The translations under genes were made by a program, and so were the position numbers. DNA of 64,000 nucleotides. Origin: Euglena gracilis (Eukaryota). Below are positions 48,011 to 64,000 of the stretch, one piece after another. Location of the stretch: the NCBI GenBank assembly GCA_039621445.1, contig CP154954.1, forward strand, positions 5,925,693 to 5,989,692, in the 5' to 3' direction. Below the pieces are notes generated by a model. The model was not told the DNA's origin, searched no databases, and saw only the letters and a list, made by a program, of their open reading frames with translations. The first letter of the stretch is position 1; the number at the start of each line of letters is the position of its first letter.

Positions 48011-48999
48011 CTGCAGGTGGGCTTCAAGGCATTTCGTTTATAAGCACCCCTGGGGGGGGGAGGGGTGCGTCCAGGCATGACCATGAGGACATGGTCAGAA
48101 CCTCAAAAAAAGGCTGCATTGCTGAGTTCATCCAACTCTTCATGCCGGAATCGGCCCTTTTTGAAACTTTGGGGGGGGGGGGACTTTTTTTTATGAAAAA
48201 TCAACGACCCTGGGGGAGTGGTCAACCACCCACCCAAAAACTAAACCCAAATTGGCCGAAAACCACTGAAAAAATAATCAGCCTGGCCTTTGGCTAGGCC
48301 GGACTGACCCCAGGGAGAGGTGTCCCCACCCAACCAGGGGGTACCCCCCCCCCGGAAAGGGAGAGGGGTCCGGGTGACAGGCTTTTTTGGGTCCGGTCCG
48401 GGGACACACAAAAAATTTCCGGTGCTTCACGCCAAAAAAAAAGACCAAAAAAATGGCCAAACCCCTGCCTCTAGTGGGACACCCACGGGGCCCTTGGGGG
48501 ATACCCCCAGGGGGTGGTGGGGGTCCAGCAGACAAACCCATCCACCTTCCCCGCCCAGGCAAAACCTTTAAAAAATCCCTGACAGCAGCCCCAACCCGCC
48601 CACCCACTTTCGAAACCACCCACCCCTTGGGAGTGGAACAACACAAAAGTGAAGTGAATCTGTGGGCCGAAGGCAGAAAAGCCTTGTCTGGGGCAACAAT
48701 GCAGGCCAGCGTGCCACACGGCTTTGTCGGACGGTCAAGGGCTCCAGGGGTAAACGCGGTCACCTGCAGAGATGGAACGCGTGGGGGAAGTTGAGCAAAT
48801 GGAACTTGTGTTACCAAAATAAATTCAGCACCTAAAAGTTGTGCACTACATTGGTCGGTGTGACTCACAAAGTTGGTCAAAAATTTGGTCGCTAAAAGTT
48901 TTTTTTTAAAAAGTTAGGTAGGAGGGTGTTTTGACAACAAGGCGCGCACATCCTATTCTGCCGCACATCCAGGCACCCAGACATGCACCACACGCCACA

Positions 49000-49445
<446 letters not shown>

Positions 49446-49497
49446 ACACATCCAGACCAGTGATGGGCCCCCGATTGCAGCAGCACATTGCAAATCG

Positions 49498-62464
<12,967 letters not shown>

Positions 62465-62545
62465 CTGACCCCCGAACAGACACGCCGATGTTCCAGGAAT
62501 GCGGAACTGACCCGGGGGGCTTGTCAACAACATGGTGTGCCTGGG

Positions 62546-63753
62546 GGGGGGGGTGGATGTTCACGGGAGGTTGGGTGGCCGTTGGTTGGGCCGCGGCCGA
62601 CCGCGGTCGGCCGCGGCCCAACCAAAAACACAAAAATGGTTGGGCCGCGGTCGACCGCGGCCCAACCTCCCATGACTGTCCAAGCAGCACTTTCAGGGTG
62701 ACCGACTGACTGGGAGACCATACTAAAACGGAGGAACCCTAAAACCTAACCCTAACCCTAACCCTAACCCTAACCCTAACCCTGACCCTAACCCTAACCC
62801 TAACCCTAACCCTAACCCTAACCCTAACCCTAACCCTATCCCTAACCCTAACCCTAAAACCTAACCCTAACCCTAACCCTAACCCTAACCCTAACCCTAA
62901 CCCTAACCCTAACCCTAACCCTAACCCTATTCAAATATGAAAGAAAATGACTCAAAACGCGAACTTAGTCGGCCCACGGCCTCCTCCGGGGGGGGGGGGG
63001 CTGCCGCCTCCCCTGGACCCCCCCCCCAAAATAACAAAATCCCCTTGTGTTTGCAAGGCAAAGATGGCCGAGTCGCGCTTCGTAATGAATGTAGTCTTGT
63101 GTGTGCAAGGCAAGGATGGCCGAGTCGCGCTCCCAGGCTATTGTAAATGCTATGGTTTCATAGAACAGGCCCAAAGAAAAGATATTACCCGAAAGGTGAA
63201 AGGTTTCCTCCAGATTATTTCGTCTCTGAAGAAAAACGCAGAGGGACTCACTTTTAAGTGAATGTTTTCATTTTACTTTTTACAAATACACCATGGTTTT
63301 GATATTATGTGGAGCCAATTACCAACTGCCACGGAGAACGTCATCACACTGCACTCTCAGAATAGCAGAGGACGGAGGGAACGGAGTCTGGAAGAGTGGC
63401 TTGCAGAACAGTGCTGGGACAGTCATGGGAGGTTGGGCCGCGTTCGGCCGCGGCCGGCCGCGGCCCAACCAGAAAAATCATTTTGGTTGGGCCGCGGTCG
63501 GCCGCGGCCGACCGCGGCCCAACCAAAAAAGGCTTCTGGTTGGGCCGCGGCCGGCCGCGGTCCAACCAAAAAAAAAAATGGTTGGGCCGCGGCCGGCCGC
63601 GGCCCAACCAAAGGAAGCTAAATTTGGCCGTGGTTGGGCCGCGGCCGGCCGCGGCCCAACCAAAATCTTGTTTTGGTTGGGCGACGGTCGGCCGCGGCCG
63701 GCCGCGGCACCTACCTCCCGGCCACCCAACCTCCCGTGACATCCCACCCCCTG
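62546..63753. mobile_element. Foldback/MITE-like element with palindrome-array arms enclosing a telomeric repeat tract
   Basis: Outer arms GGGTGGATGTTCACGGGAGGTTGGGTGGCC / GGCCACCCAACCTCCCGTGACATCCCACCCCCTG. Inner arms CCCATGACTGTCC / GGACAGTCATGGG. Repeated GGTTGGGCCGCGGCCGGCCGCGGCCCAACC palindromes. Confidence 0.7.
62735..62929. repeat. Interstitial telomeric (CCCTAA)n / (TTAGGG)n array
   Basis: About 32 units with a few variants. Confidence 0.97.
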
Positions 63754-64000
63754 GGGGGGGGGGGTAGGTAGGCGGAATATCACACAGCTCAGTGGCATTG
63801 GTTTTCGTCACCTCAGACCTCTTGCTGTTATGGACAGAACCTTTTTTGCTCCTACAGGCAGAATCCGGTTTGCAAACATTTCATTCAGGGGGCTTATTCC
63901 AATAACTATCTGCTTGAATGGACTTGATTTCTTTGCAGCAGAGGGGGAGATTAACATCGGAAGCCTTCAAGCGAAAAATTGCGGAAATTGCGGGTTTGGG

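Noticed and set aside
62735-62929. True chromosome end
   Set aside because: The array is short and flanked on both sides by non-telomeric sequence.
63430-63710. Palindromic 30-bp repeats with short spacers as a CRISPR array
   Set aside because: The spacers are about 10-15 nt of A/T-rich sequence and the units form the arms of an inverted-repeat element.

Overview
Eukaryotic, repeat-rich window, most likely from a euglenid. This is inferred from (TTAGGG)n repeats and from genes that mix GT/GC-AG introns with non-conventional stem-ended introns. Positions 1-34 kb are a nest of decayed retroelements. There are three related Ty3/gypsy-like LTR elements, with LTRs starting TGTGTAC and ending GGACGTACAC(N), a tRNA-iMet PBS and a GGGAGGGGGA PPT. 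One (18272-31278) has both LTRs and splits a DIRS-type element. Two carry divergent copies of a large (>1000 aa) extra ORF I cannot assign, placed just upstream of the 3' LTR. Two CRE-clade non-LTR elements and several MITEs are also present. Positions 37.9-62.5 kb hold two multi-exon host genes on the minus strand: an O-fucosyltransferase-fold glycosyltransferase (12 exons threaded in frame, 5' part beyond the exons I could find) and a hypothetical protein. The best leads are (i) the unassigned extra ORF plus a conserved structured 3' RNA in the LTR family, and (ii) CAG...CTG MITEs with 8-bp TSDs whose geometry matches the +4/-6 pairing register of the non-conventional introns. All calls are by eye; no database searches were run.
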